Virus record (IMG/VR): IMGVR_UViG_3300036713_000234
Coordinates: 1-28,982 of that record
Source: a virus
Taxonomy: Duplodnaviria > Caudoviricetes
DNA length: 28,982 bases
Direction: 5' to 3' (one strand)
Position 1 is the stretch's first letter, and the number at the start of each line of letters is the position of its first letter. Shown here piece by piece: positions 7,118 through 15,892 of the stretch. The notes under the pieces were generated by a model. That model did no database searches and was not told the DNA's origin. It saw nothing but the letters and a program-made list of their open reading frames with translations. The translations under genes and the position numbers were made by a program.

Positions 7118-7347
7118 TACTCACCTATACACGCTGTATAAACGTCTTTAGCTACATTAGCGGCTGCCGTACCCTTCGCTACAATATCGCCCTCAGTGGA
7201 CTTGTACGCCCTCTGAGCAGCATCTTCTGAGATACTTAGGCAATCTTTAGCCTTCAATGGCTCGCCCTCTATAAAATCCTTAATGTCGCCCCATGTTTTG
7301 CAGCCGGTTAGCGATAAAACAGCAACCAATAATATTGAATATCTCAT
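7117..7347 (-). CDS. lipoprotein (possible spanin/lysis-associated)
   Basis: Signal peptide with lipobox LTGC. Confidence 0.7.
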   Translation of the reverse strand: MRYSILLVAVLSLTGCKTWGDIKDFIEGEPLKAKDCLSISEDAAQRAYKSTEGDIVAKGTAAANVAKDVYTACIGE

Positions 7348-7356
7348 AATAACCTC

Positions 7357-7512
7357 TTAAGTTTTGTTGGCAAAAAACGCCCCACCAGAATAAATAGTGC
7401 GTTCTTCAGAATACAACTCAAACGCAAAGTAAGCAATAACAGCAATAATAGCCAGTATGCTAATGCTTCTGATGAGTGACCATAGATCATTGTCAGGCGT
7501 ATCTTTTCTCAT
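7357..7512 (-). CDS. small single-TM protein (51 aa)
   Basis: MRKDTPDNDLWSLIRSISILAIIAVIAYFAFELYSEERTIYSGGAFFANKT. Confidence 0.55.
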   Translation of the reverse strand: MRKDTPDNDLWSLIRSISILAIIAVIAYFAFELYSEERTIYSGGAFFANKT

Positions 7513-7606
7513 CACTCTTTTTAGGCGGTACTTTCTTGCGCGGGGTCTTCTTCTTTGGCGGTGCTTTCTTCTTTGGTGGTGGGCGAGACATGCTGACTCT
7601 TCTCAT
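7493..7606 (-). CDS. histone-H1-like Lys/Pro-rich peptide (37 aa)
   Basis: MRRVSMSRPPPKKKAPPKKKTPRKKVPPKKSDEKRYA; ATGA overlap with the upstream gene and GAGG upstream. Confidence 0.5.
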   Translation of the reverse strand: MRRVSMSRPPPKKKAPPKKKTPRKKVPPKKSDEKRYA

Positions 7607-7863
7607 TTCAATATCCTCTTAATGTTTTTTACTTCTTCGCTAGTGTTGATCAATCCTTCCCTCAAATTACCTATTTCAACGTCCTGATGATCGTTCCTTT
7701 TCGACTCGTGAATAATATTTGTTTCATTTACCGATGACTTAACATCTAAATCGGAAATTAAATCCTTAATCTCAAGCAATACTGCAATAGTTCCAAGTAT
7801 ACCAGCAAGGATAAGCGCCTGGATTATGTTAGAGATCATGACCTCTGCGTTTAATTTAATCAT
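7603..7863 (-). CDS. membrane protein with coiled coil (holin/lysis-associated candidate)
   Basis: N-terminal TM IIQALILAGILGTIAVLL plus a coiled coil, downstream of the endolysin. Confidence 0.6.
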   Translation of the reverse strand: MIKLNAEVMISNIIQALILAGILGTIAVLLEIKDLISDLDVKSSVNETNIIHESKRNDHQDVEIGNLREGLINTSEEVKNIKRILK

Positions 7864-8228
7864 TTCACAGTATCCTTTTTAATCGACTGCTTAATTTCAA
7901 GAATATCGCGGGTACGGGTATCAGCTTCCAACTTCTCGTTAAACATTTTGAGCATTTTTACCTCAGCTTCCGCATCGTAGTATTTCATTTTCCACTCGGA
8001 AGATTCATCACGTAATGTCTCACGCTCCTGCCTGAGTGCCTCTTTTCCTTTTTCGCACTCATGCTGTATTTCCTGCATCTTTCCAGTCCATCTGTCCCCT
8101 GTGTCCGCTTTTTCTGCTTTGTCGTCAAGTCTGGCCATTGTAGATACAAGAAGCGTGGCAATGACACCGAGAAACATGCCTGTAGCTGCGATAGCGACTG
8201 CCGGAGATATTGACTGTTTAGATTCCAC
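7860..8228 (-). CDS. membrane-anchored coiled-coil protein (lysis cluster)
   Basis: N-terminal TM followed by a charged coiled coil. Confidence 0.6.
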   Translation of the reverse strand: MESKQSISPAVAIAATGMFLGVIATLLVSTMARLDDKAEKADTGDRWTGKMQEIQHECEKGKEALRQERETLRDESSEWKMKYYDAEAEVKMLKMFNEKLEADTRTRDILEIKQSIKKDTVK

Positions 8229-8237
8229 ATGGCCGCC

Positions 8238-8330
8238 CTATAATCTCTTCATCGGAAAGGATTTAGTCTCTAAATGAATATGTGTACCAGAGTCCTTAAT
8301 CCAATATTCATCACCTAAAGCGTCTTGCAT
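8238..8330 (-). pseudogene. C-terminal remnant of a second M15 peptidase
   Basis: MQDALGDEYWIKDSGTHIHLETKSFPMKRL repeats the HIHL Zn-ligand motif and is in frame just past the endolysin TAG. Confidence 0.55.
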
Positions 8331-8342
8331 GACTGTGTCATC

Positions 8343-8660
8343 CTATCTTAATCTTGTATTCGGGTGTACTTGTAAATGAATATGTAGCGGTTCACCATGA
8401 TACAGGCACACCTTATAATCCGGTCTATCTGCATCGTACTCGTAGATACTATTTAGAAACTCAGCAATTAATTTACCGAAGTAAGGATCAGGACAGCTTA
8501 AATCTAATCCCCTGCAAGGTACTGTTCCATGAACTCCAGAATCACCGTCTCTGTATCCAGATGTCAATTTAAACTCAACACCAAAATGAGACTCTAATAA
8601 CATAGCTATCTGCACAAGTTTGGTGTCGTACAGGCTTATTTGTTGGAGGTCTATTTTCAT
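8343..8660 (-). CDS. endolysin, peptidase M15 (LAS Zn-peptidase)
   Basis: LTSGYR...GVH...GLDL...HIHLQV, i.e. H-x(n)-D...HxH. Confidence 0.8.
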   Translation of the reverse strand: MKIDLQQISLYDTKLVQIAMLLESHFGVEFKLTSGYRDGDSGVHGTVPCRGLDLSCPDPYFGKLIAEFLNSIYEYDADRPDYKVCLYHGEPLHIHLQVHPNTRLR

Positions 8661-9592
8661 GTAACCAGTATCCCTGATATATCTACATTAGTTGCATCAA
8701 TAATCTGTATATTCCCTGTCCCGTGAAGCCTGATATTATCCACAATGTCGCCATCATTAGTTACACCGATAAACGCCGGTTTTAATGCAACCTGGTTGAC
8801 AAGCTCAAAATCAATGTTATTTGTTTTATACGATAACCCGGCTTCACTTGTTGCTTCGACTAAAAACGGATAGCGCAATTTATTATTACCATCACTTATC
8901 AGCTTAAAATAACGTCTTATATCAGTTTCGCCATGATGCTGTAGTGCGTCTATTTTCCCTGTTTGCGTATTCATGCCAATAGTATCAACATTAATAATCT
9001 CACCATTGACCCGGCCTAACATTTCATCTTCAATCGTAAATGGATTATCAGGACTACCAATAACATCATTCATCGACATAAACCAGCCAGCACCGCCACC
9101 GACTAACTTAACTCGACCTTCCAGATAGTCAGTATATTGCATCCATACACCATGCCATTTCTCATACGTCTCCTTGCTGTAAATGTAAGTCGGAGCGCAT
9201 AAACCACCACCTGTATAATCAATAACTTCAACGGCAAGATTTAGGTGTCGTATGCCGGAATTACAATTCAACCCTGAGTTATTATACAGCCCGGTTATTC
9301 GGGCATAATCTACACGGTTTATATTGCCTTTAGTATCCCCCGTGTGGTTTAACCCAAAACCGTCAGTGTCTTTAAAATTAGCATGACATTCAAAATGTCT
9401 TGAGTCTGCGCCGGATTTAAAGTTTAACTGGCCTGTGAAGGTGATATCGTCAATATAAACAGTCGTGTAATCATTCAGGGTTAGCGATATGTCATAATCA
9501 ATATCTTTGTCGCCAGTGACTTCAAGGCTTTGCGTAAGCCCTGTAAGGTCAATAACACTTCCCTGATTAATCTTGTTTAGGTTTAGGCGCAT
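8657..9592 (-). CDS. hypothetical beta-rich protein (possible spike/beta-helix)
   Basis: 311 aa, Gly/Asn/Asp/Ile-rich, following the fibre genes. Confidence 0.55.
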   Translation of the reverse strand: MRLNLNKINQGSVIDLTGLTQSLEVTGDKDIDYDISLTLNDYTTVYIDDITFTGQLNFKSGADSRHFECHANFKDTDGFGLNHTGDTKGNINRVDYARITGLYNNSGLNCNSGIRHLNLAVEVIDYTGGGLCAPTYIYSKETYEKWHGVWMQYTDYLEGRVKLVGGGAGWFMSMNDVIGSPDNPFTIEDEMLGRVNGEIINVDTIGMNTQTGKIDALQHHGETDIRRYFKLISDGNNKLRYPFLVEATSEAGLSYKTNNIDFELVNQVALKPAFIGVTNDGDIVDNIRLHGTGNIQIIDATNVDISGILVT

Positions 9593-9713
9593 CTTTCTTT
9601 AGTTCAAGAAGAAACTGTTTAACTTCAACAACAACCTCGGCAAGCTGGCCGGGATAGTTTGATTGCGCTACTGTTTGTTCCAGTAATTCTATTGCTTGTG
9701 GGGATAAGTTCAT
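9567..9713 (-). CDS. small helical protein, possible fibre assembly chaperone (48 aa)
   Basis: MNLSPQAIELLEQTVAQSNYPGQLAEVVVEVKQFLLELKKDAPKPKQD; TAATG coupling to the fibre gene. Confidence 0.55.
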   Translation of the reverse strand: MNLSPQAIELLEQTVAQSNYPGQLAEVVVEVKQFLLELKKDAPKPKQD

Positions 9714-10969
9714 TATGCTGTTAGTCCTATATTTGCTAAAGCGGTTTCTACCTCTCCTAAGCGAGTTCTCAAGTTATTAATTACGCCAGCCTCCTCTGCT
9801 CCATAAGTCCCATCAACTGTTGCTGCGTCCGCTGCTGTTAATGCTGCTGCCTGCGCCACAGCCGTAGTGCCATAAAGTCCGATCTTATTACCTTCAGCGG
9901 CCTCTATTACAGTCTCAAGTGCTTGCTTAACATTACCTGTCAGGTCAACACCGTCACCAGTCTGCAAAAGTACCGAACCTGCTACGCCTGAGCCTGTTGA
10001 CCTGCCAGCAGCAAGAATTAAATCCCCTCCACCAATATCAACCGTTGATCCATCAACTGCATCGTAGGCGTCATATCCGTGTAAGAAAGTATCAATAGTG
10101 GTCGGATTAAAATTATTTGTGCTTGCTAATTGGTCTGTGTACCTATGCCCCCAACCGTTGCCAACCCATATATGATTAGCCTGGCTGTCAGTACTAACCC
10201 CACCAAGCGTAAAGTTATAGCTACCTGCGCCAATAGCTGTTGGCGGGTCTTCCGCCGTTCTTCCCAATACAATACTGTGCGCGTTTGATGCTCTTGTTGC
10301 ATAGCCAACCTGCGTAACACTAACAGCCTCAGCTAGAGACTCGCCTCCAATAATTACGTTCCTACCACCAAAGGCATCAATATCATAACCTATTACAACT
10401 GAGCAATCGCCACCAACACCCGTATGTGTGTTGCGAATGCTATTACCAATATAAACATGGCCTATATAATTAGTTGCACTTGCATCCATGTCGCCGATCA
10501 CGATTATCTGTTGCGAGCTTGCTTTTGGTTCAGCACCAATTAATATCTGTTTGTCATACCCTGACGGGTTATCAATCCCTAAATTCACATTACGCCCTAT
10601 ATAAACGCCAAAATCAGGGCCATCTACACCACCTGAGTCTGATACCTTAATGCTACTCCCAATTAAAGTATTAAAACGACCTGTATTTACCAAGTCCCAC
10701 CCAATATGCTGAGAATAGCCAGTTGCATGATCGCATAGGATGTTCCCGCCGACAGATATAACGGAGGCTCCAGTTGCACCATTGGCAATAGTATAAGCGT
10801 TTCCAACGACCGTTGTATTTGCGCCAACCCCCGCCATACTGGCCTGTAATAAAGTCCTCAACTCAGCCAGTGTCATCTTAAATGAACTTGAACCTGGAAC
10901 TTCGCCTTCGACTACATCAGTAAGGGCAAGTGTTCCGGCATGTGCCGATAAACTATTAATAGTTGTCAT
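9713..10969 (-). CDS. fibre/spike protein with YadA-head-like beta-roll repeats
   Basis: Repeating xxxIG motifs at about 14-aa spacing (VVIGY, VIIGG, TQVGY, IVLGR) and a C-terminal KIGLYGTT...NLRTRL...LANIGL domain. Confidence 0.7.
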   Translation of the reverse strand: MTTINSLSAHAGTLALTDVVEGEVPGSSSFKMTLAELRTLLQASMAGVGANTTVVGNAYTIANGATGASVISVGGNILCDHATGYSQHIGWDLVNTGRFNTLIGSSIKVSDSGGVDGPDFGVYIGRNVNLGIDNPSGYDKQILIGAEPKASSQQIIVIGDMDASATNYIGHVYIGNSIRNTHTGVGGDCSVVIGYDIDAFGGRNVIIGGESLAEAVSVTQVGYATRASNAHSIVLGRTAEDPPTAIGAGSYNFTLGGVSTDSQANHIWVGNGWGHRYTDQLASTNNFNPTTIDTFLHGYDAYDAVDGSTVDIGGGDLILAAGRSTGSGVAGSVLLQTGDGVDLTGNVKQALETVIEAAEGNKIGLYGTTAVAQAAALTAADAATVDGTYGAEEAGVINNLRTRLGEVETALANIGLTA

Positions 10970-11106
10970 AAGTGTGTCCTATCGCCACCACCGACGATTG
11001 TTCTTGTGCCTGTTATGTATGTTCTTGTTCCAGCCGGTACAACAATAGCAACAGCACGCTTCATTAATGTTGATCCCCAGACATAAGCACGTAAGAAGCT
11101 GCTCAT
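10966..11106 (-). CDS. small hypothetical virion-region peptide (46 aa)
   Basis: ATGA overlaps on both sides; start reassigned to 11106. Confidence 0.5.
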   Translation of the reverse strand: MSSFLRAYVWGSTLMKRAVAIVVPAGTRTYITGTRTIVGGGDRTHL

Positions 11107-11450
11107 TTCAGTCCTATCATATCGCCAACAGCAACACTTCCACCTGTTGTTACTTCGATAATGCGCCCGTAAATGATTTCCCCGACAGTTACAGTCCACC
11201 GCTTAGCCGTAGAGTCATTAGTGAATTTAATATCTACTGTACCAGCCGCACCGAAACGTATTCCCATAAGGTCGCAGGCCGCGTCTAAAACAATATCTAC
11301 CTGTTCGTTTGGTAGTGATTCAACCAGCCCAGCCTCTCTGCCATCGGCTGTTGTTGTGCCACCTAATTTGATTAATACATATTTCTGTCCAGTGGTAGGG
11401 TCTACATAATACTCACTCGCTACGCCTGGTCTTACTGGATTGTCTGCCAT
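11103..11450 (-). CDS. hypothetical virion protein
   Basis: RBS GAGG; beta-rich 115 aa. Confidence 0.7.
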   Translation of the reverse strand: MADNPVRPGVASEYYVDPTTGQKYVLIKLGGTTTADGREAGLVESLPNEQVDIVLDAACDLMGIRFGAAGTVDIKFTNDSTAKRWTVTVGEIIYGRIIEVTTGGSVAVGDMIGLK

Positions 11451-11474
11451 GTCTTTATTCCTCTTGTTCTGTTA

Positions 11475-12779
11475 TTATCTTCTAATTCTAATAGTCGGAA
11501 GCGGTACTTTGTCCTCTACCTTCTGCATAAACGTCCTTCCTTCATCAGCAATCTGCTTATAAACCTTGTCTTCAATAGAGTCTAAAGACTTATACATTAA
11601 ATGTTGCCTGTTAATGTCTGCTTTATATCCAGGCTCTTTCATTTCAAGAAGACCATTTAACGAATCCCTAACTGATCGCCATTTTAATTCCTCTCTTGTT
11701 GGAATAAGCTCGCCTTTCATTCTTCTATCGTTGCTAAAAAATCGGAATCTTTTATCAGCAGCCTTTCTTGCTTCGAGCAATTCTGCTGTTGTTTGGGGAT
11801 TTCCAATCCTGTCCAGAGAGTCGTCTATAAATTCAAAGCGTTCTTTTTTGGACAATCTTTTTGATTTATCGTATTGCCTATCAAAATTGTTAATTGCACG
11901 GTTCAATGTCAATTTTATTTCATTATTATTAACGCTCTTGCCAGAAGCAATTAATTTTTCTTTTAGCTTATTCGCTTCAGTTGCAATTCGAGAATCAATA
12001 ATTTCATAAGTCCTTGCAGGAAGATATCCTGTTTTTAGTTCATCAATACTATCCAGTACCTTGATTATTTCTTTGTCTTCGAGACTTGGTTTATATACAA
12101 TGTTTCCTTTTAACCCTTCTGTTCTTATGTTTTTCTTTAGATTTATATCTTTAATTTTTATAGGCTTTAAAAGATCGCTAAGATAATCATTTCTTCCGAA
12201 GAATACTTTTTTCGTTAGTTTTGCTGCTGGCCTACTTCCCATCAGTGCTGTTGAGCCAATAATACCAACAGCTTTCATGTCAGCGGCCCATCTTGGATTT
12301 TCCTGCTCAAAATCAGCCCATTGCTCTTTCCCTTCTTTTAACGCCTTAATTCCAACGATTCCAGTTGGTGTTTTTAAAGCAAGACCAAGCGCGTTTCCAA
12401 GAGATTTCATTGTATTGCCTATAAACCTTTTTGGTTTTTCTGCAATAAACTCAGATACCTCATTTGCGGCCGTATCATAAATGTAGTCCAGACCAAGCGC
12501 GGTTGACTGTAGTGCTTTTTCCACCCCTGTTATATCTGATTTTGATATTTCAAAAGCTCTTTTCTCATAATCCCCCATTCCTCTTGTCTGGTCTATTTTT
12601 TGTGGTTCTAATGGCCGACCATTTATTTCAGAAGGGTTCTCCATTTTCATGCTATCTGAGCCTTTTTTAAGCAGTCCGCGTTCCTGTTGAATCCTTGCCT
12701 TAATTTGCTCATCAGGAATATCATCAGGAACATTCCTTAAAATAATCCCGTCTTGTGTTTGGTATTCTCTCATTACCAA
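11475..12779 (-). CDS. internal virion/DNA ejection protein (gp16 position)
   Basis: N-terminal DGIILRNVPDDIPDEQIKARI motif typical of ejection proteins; third gene of the trio. Confidence 0.6.
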   Translation of the reverse strand: MVMREYQTQDGIILRNVPDDIPDEQIKARIQQERGLLKKGSDSMKMENPSEINGRPLEPQKIDQTRGMGDYEKRAFEISKSDITGVEKALQSTALGLDYIYDTAANEVSEFIAEKPKRFIGNTMKSLGNALGLALKTPTGIVGIKALKEGKEQWADFEQENPRWAADMKAVGIIGSTALMGSRPAAKLTKKVFFGRNDYLSDLLKPIKIKDINLKKNIRTEGLKGNIVYKPSLEDKEIIKVLDSIDELKTGYLPARTYEIIDSRIATEANKLKEKLIASGKSVNNNEIKLTLNRAINNFDRQYDKSKRLSKKERFEFIDDSLDRIGNPQTTAELLEARKAADKRFRFFSNDRRMKGELIPTREELKWRSVRDSLNGLLEMKEPGYKADINRQHLMYKSLDSIEDKVYKQIADEGRTFMQKVEDKVPLPTIRIRR

Positions 12780-13858
12780 TCTACTTTATGAACTTTAACA
12801 TCAGAGTCTTCAGACTTCTTACCGCTTCGTCCAGTATACCCAAACTTTTTATCATAATTACTTACCGATTCCATATATCCTTTTGGTAAATCAATCTTAA
12901 ACCTGTCTCTGTTAGGAAGCAGAGTTTCATCCTGTAAATCAACTTCCTGGTTCCAGTTTGCAATCGTGTTTATTGTAGCAACCCTGTTGATTTTTATAAT
13001 ATTCCTTAATGCTTCTTCATCCATTGTTATATCGCCACCAGCCGCTTTTAATGCGTACTCTCTGTCTGCATCTGATAATCCTGTTCCAGCGCCAAAGTCT
13101 TTAATAATGTTCGCTGTTTCTTTTGCTGTCGCAGAAAAATAAGTCTGCGTATTTTTAACAAGCCCATTTTTATCATCCCATAAACCTGTCTTTTTAAGGA
13201 AATTACCAACTGTAAGCTGAACATCTGACATACTTCCTGTCATCATTCCTTCATCTAATAATCCTTCCATTGTTTCAAGATTTCTAAGTGACTTTAATGC
13301 TGTTGGTACTTTTTCCTTTGATTTAAAGAAATCTTCTGCCATTTTTTTATTATATGGATTCACGCCTGTACTTGCGGTTGCTGTGATCTTATCTCCTACT
13401 GGTGGTCGTGAACCATAAGATGTTTTCTTCCCTTCATCATCAACCTGTATGCCATATTCAGGACTTCCAGTGGCTTCTTTATACTTAGGCTCAAACTTAG
13501 CCAAGATAGGGGCTAAATTTTGTTCTGTCTGCTCGTTCCATTGTGGCGGAATCTTTGTAGGATCGACACCATATTGCTGTGCTTGCTGTGTTGCAAACGG
13601 GGCAACGGCTTTATTGTAGAAGTCGGCTTTTTGTTCATCAGGCAGGCTTGCAAGTTTCTTCAAGGCGGGAGAAACAGATTCCATGAACTTCTCAACTTTT
13701 AGCATCTGCATCTTTTCCTGATTCATTCCCATCGTCTGCTGAGTAGACCTCATAGCAAGGTTATTCATCTGTCCACGTTGCTGATCTGCTTTAGCCTTGT
13801 AATAAGAAGTAGCAGGACTAGCAAATTGCATGTTATTTATCAATGAGTTAATAGGCAT
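12773..13858 (-). CDS. DNA ejection protein (gp20 position)
   Basis: Q-rich helical N-terminus, GAGTGLSDADRE motif, synteny. Confidence 0.6.
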   Translation of the reverse strand: MPINSLINNMQFASPATSYYKAKADQQRGQMNNLAMRSTQQTMGMNQEKMQMLKVEKFMESVSPALKKLASLPDEQKADFYNKAVAPFATQQAQQYGVDPTKIPPQWNEQTEQNLAPILAKFEPKYKEATGSPEYGIQVDDEGKKTSYGSRPPVGDKITATASTGVNPYNKKMAEDFFKSKEKVPTALKSLRNLETMEGLLDEGMMTGSMSDVQLTVGNFLKKTGLWDDKNGLVKNTQTYFSATAKETANIIKDFGAGTGLSDADREYALKAAGGDITMDEEALRNIIKINRVATINTIANWNQEVDLQDETLLPNRDRFKIDLPKGYMESVSNYDKKFGYTGRSGKKSEDSDVKVHKVDW

Positions 13859-13860
13859 TA

Positions 13861-15372
13861 TTATAATCCTGTCATTGGGCCGTACATTTGATTATATAGC
13901 ATATTCGATTGTTGGCTTCCGGGGTTCGTCCCATAGTAACCAGCAAATCCAGCCTGTGTTGGAGGTGGATAATACTGTGGTTGCTGTGACTGACCATACA
14001 GATAGCTTAACTGGTTCACGCCATTACTTATCGCATTCGACTGACCAACAATACCTGCTGCTTGTGCATTACCACCTTGAATCATTGCATTACCGGCATT
14101 AGAGGCATAGTTAGTGCCTGCCGTGGTTGTTGCGTTCGTTGCTGTCTGTCCAACTTGGGATAAAGCAGCTAGTCGATTTAAGTAATCTGTCTCCTGTCCT
14201 GCTGCGATATTAAAGTTGCCAACACCGCGATTGTACAAAGCGTTCTCCCTGCCTACGTTAGCATTGTAAGCATCGGTGTTACGTCCGTACTGGTCTGTAT
14301 TTAAGCCATAAGCCCTGTTGTAAGCGTCTGTAGAGAATCCATACCTTGTAAGGGCATTCTGCCTGTCTGCTTCGTATCCGGTTAAGTCACGACCATACCT
14401 TGCGTCTTCTGCTGCTCTTGTAAGACCATACTCCCCTGTTGCTCTGCCATACATATTGGCTTCATTCTGACGGTTAATATCATAAGCAGTATTGGCTCGA
14501 CTATAGCCTTCCTGATTAATCGCTCGGTTGGCATCGTAAGCTGTTAAGTCTCTACCGTAACCAGTAGCCTCATTCTCACGTCGAATACCATAATCCTGAA
14601 CCATCCTGTCTCTTGCTGCACCGTATTCAGTTGATGCTAAGTTGCTTGCCCTGTCCTGTAAGGCAACAAGACGGTTTCCAGAATTAAGTTTTCCAGGCGC
14701 ATTTTCACGATTAACAGCTCTTAATGCTTCGTCTTTACGCCACTCATAAGAAGGGTCTTTATAAATATCAAACTGAGTAGAATCGAATTCGGGAATATCG
14801 CCCTGTACATTAAAAGCATTTTGAGACTGGTCTACATTGTATTCTGGTATTTGATTCTGATAATCAAACTGAGACACATCACCCTGAACATTATAATCAG
14901 GCACTCCACCCTCAACCGCAGGTAGTCCGTCAAGCCCTATATTATTATATTGAGGGATATCAGATTCAGGAATATACTCACCAGGATCAACCTTGCTTGT
15001 TCCGTAGTTAGATAATTCACCAAGCGCACCACCGGCTGGTTTCGCTAATTGAATGTCAAGTTCTTCAGGGGCAATGCCATTATCATTAGCAAATTTCCAT
15101 CTTGCAATCGAATCAAGTTGCTCAGAAGATGTGCCAGGATAATACTGCATCATCTCCTGCTTAAATTTATTAAACTCAGTCTGTAGTCCGCCTGTTGCTA
15201 CATTGCGATAAGGCGCTAAGTCTTCTCTTGACTGTAGATATTGCTCAAACTGTAGTTGTGCTGCCCTGTCTGCTGCGCCTGCTGCTGTATCACCTGCTTT
15301 ACCTGCTGCTCTGCTGCCAATAAAGGCACTTCCTACTGTAGCACCGGCTAGTGCTGAGACTGGATCAGGCAT
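13861..15372 (-). CDS. DNA pilot/transfer protein (P22 gp7-like)
   Basis: G/A-rich N-terminus, EQY.Q.REDLAPY, DPSY.WR..E, LNSGN, YLNRLAALSQVGQ, GNAQAAGIVGQSNA. Confidence 0.8.
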   Translation of the reverse strand: MPDPVSALAGATVGSAFIGSRAAGKAGDTAAGAADRAAQLQFEQYLQSREDLAPYRNVATGGLQTEFNKFKQEMMQYYPGTSSEQLDSIARWKFANDNGIAPEELDIQLAKPAGGALGELSNYGTSKVDPGEYIPESDIPQYNNIGLDGLPAVEGGVPDYNVQGDVSQFDYQNQIPEYNVDQSQNAFNVQGDIPEFDSTQFDIYKDPSYEWRKDEALRAVNRENAPGKLNSGNRLVALQDRASNLASTEYGAARDRMVQDYGIRRENEATGYGRDLTAYDANRAINQEGYSRANTAYDINRQNEANMYGRATGEYGLTRAAEDARYGRDLTGYEADRQNALTRYGFSTDAYNRAYGLNTDQYGRNTDAYNANVGRENALYNRGVGNFNIAAGQETDYLNRLAALSQVGQTATNATTTAGTNYASNAGNAMIQGGNAQAAGIVGQSNAISNGVNQLSYLYGQSQQPQYYPPPTQAGFAGYYGTNPGSQQSNMLYNQMYGPMTGL

Positions 15373-15829
15373 TTTGCATCTCCTCTATAAATTCGCTCAT
15401 TTTTTCACCGTACAATCGGCGTATTTCAACGCCGACTTCGTTGTAATATTCAAAACCACCAACAAGAAAAGCAACGTAGGCAAAAATACTGTAAATCTCA
15501 GCCCTCAGCATATAAGCCATGTGTAAATCTTCACCTTGCTTCTCATTTTCCATTTTGTTTGCATCCATCCATTTTAGTTTCGCGTTCATTATCAATGGCA
15601 TTAAGCTACTTTGATACTTCAGATAAAATGGATTTACCGGAAGCCTAAATAATAGAATATCAAAAACTCCATTAATATCATCGTCTTTACAGTCATCATT
15701 GTCAATCAAATCATCCCATACCTGACAGATGCTCATTAAATCAATACAAAACGATGTTGCATTATTATCGTTCTTCAATAAAGGAAGAAGAGCTATATAA
15801 AGACTATTTAGCATTAATTTATCTTTCAT
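15365..15829 (-). CDS. DDxxD isoprenoid-synthase-fold-like protein
   Basis: All-helical 154 aa with WDDLIDND (DDxxD), LPVNPFY and W.DAN..E; its stop overlaps the pilot start. Confidence 0.6.
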   Translation of the reverse strand: MKDKLMLNSLYIALLPLLKNDNNATSFCIDLMSICQVWDDLIDNDDCKDDDINGVFDILLFRLPVNPFYLKYQSSLMPLIMNAKLKWMDANKMENEKQGEDLHMAYMLRAEIYSIFAYVAFLVGGFEYYNEVGVEIRRLYGEKMSEFIEEMQNA

Positions 15830-15892
15830 GTTTAGGCATTAAGTAGTCTTGTGCGTTCATAGCTTAAATAAAAACCCGCATTTGTCTTAGTG

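Noticed and set aside
8343-8345. Genome-wide TAG recoding
   Set aside because: The large structural genes are intact under the standard code, and no suppressor tRNA is seen.
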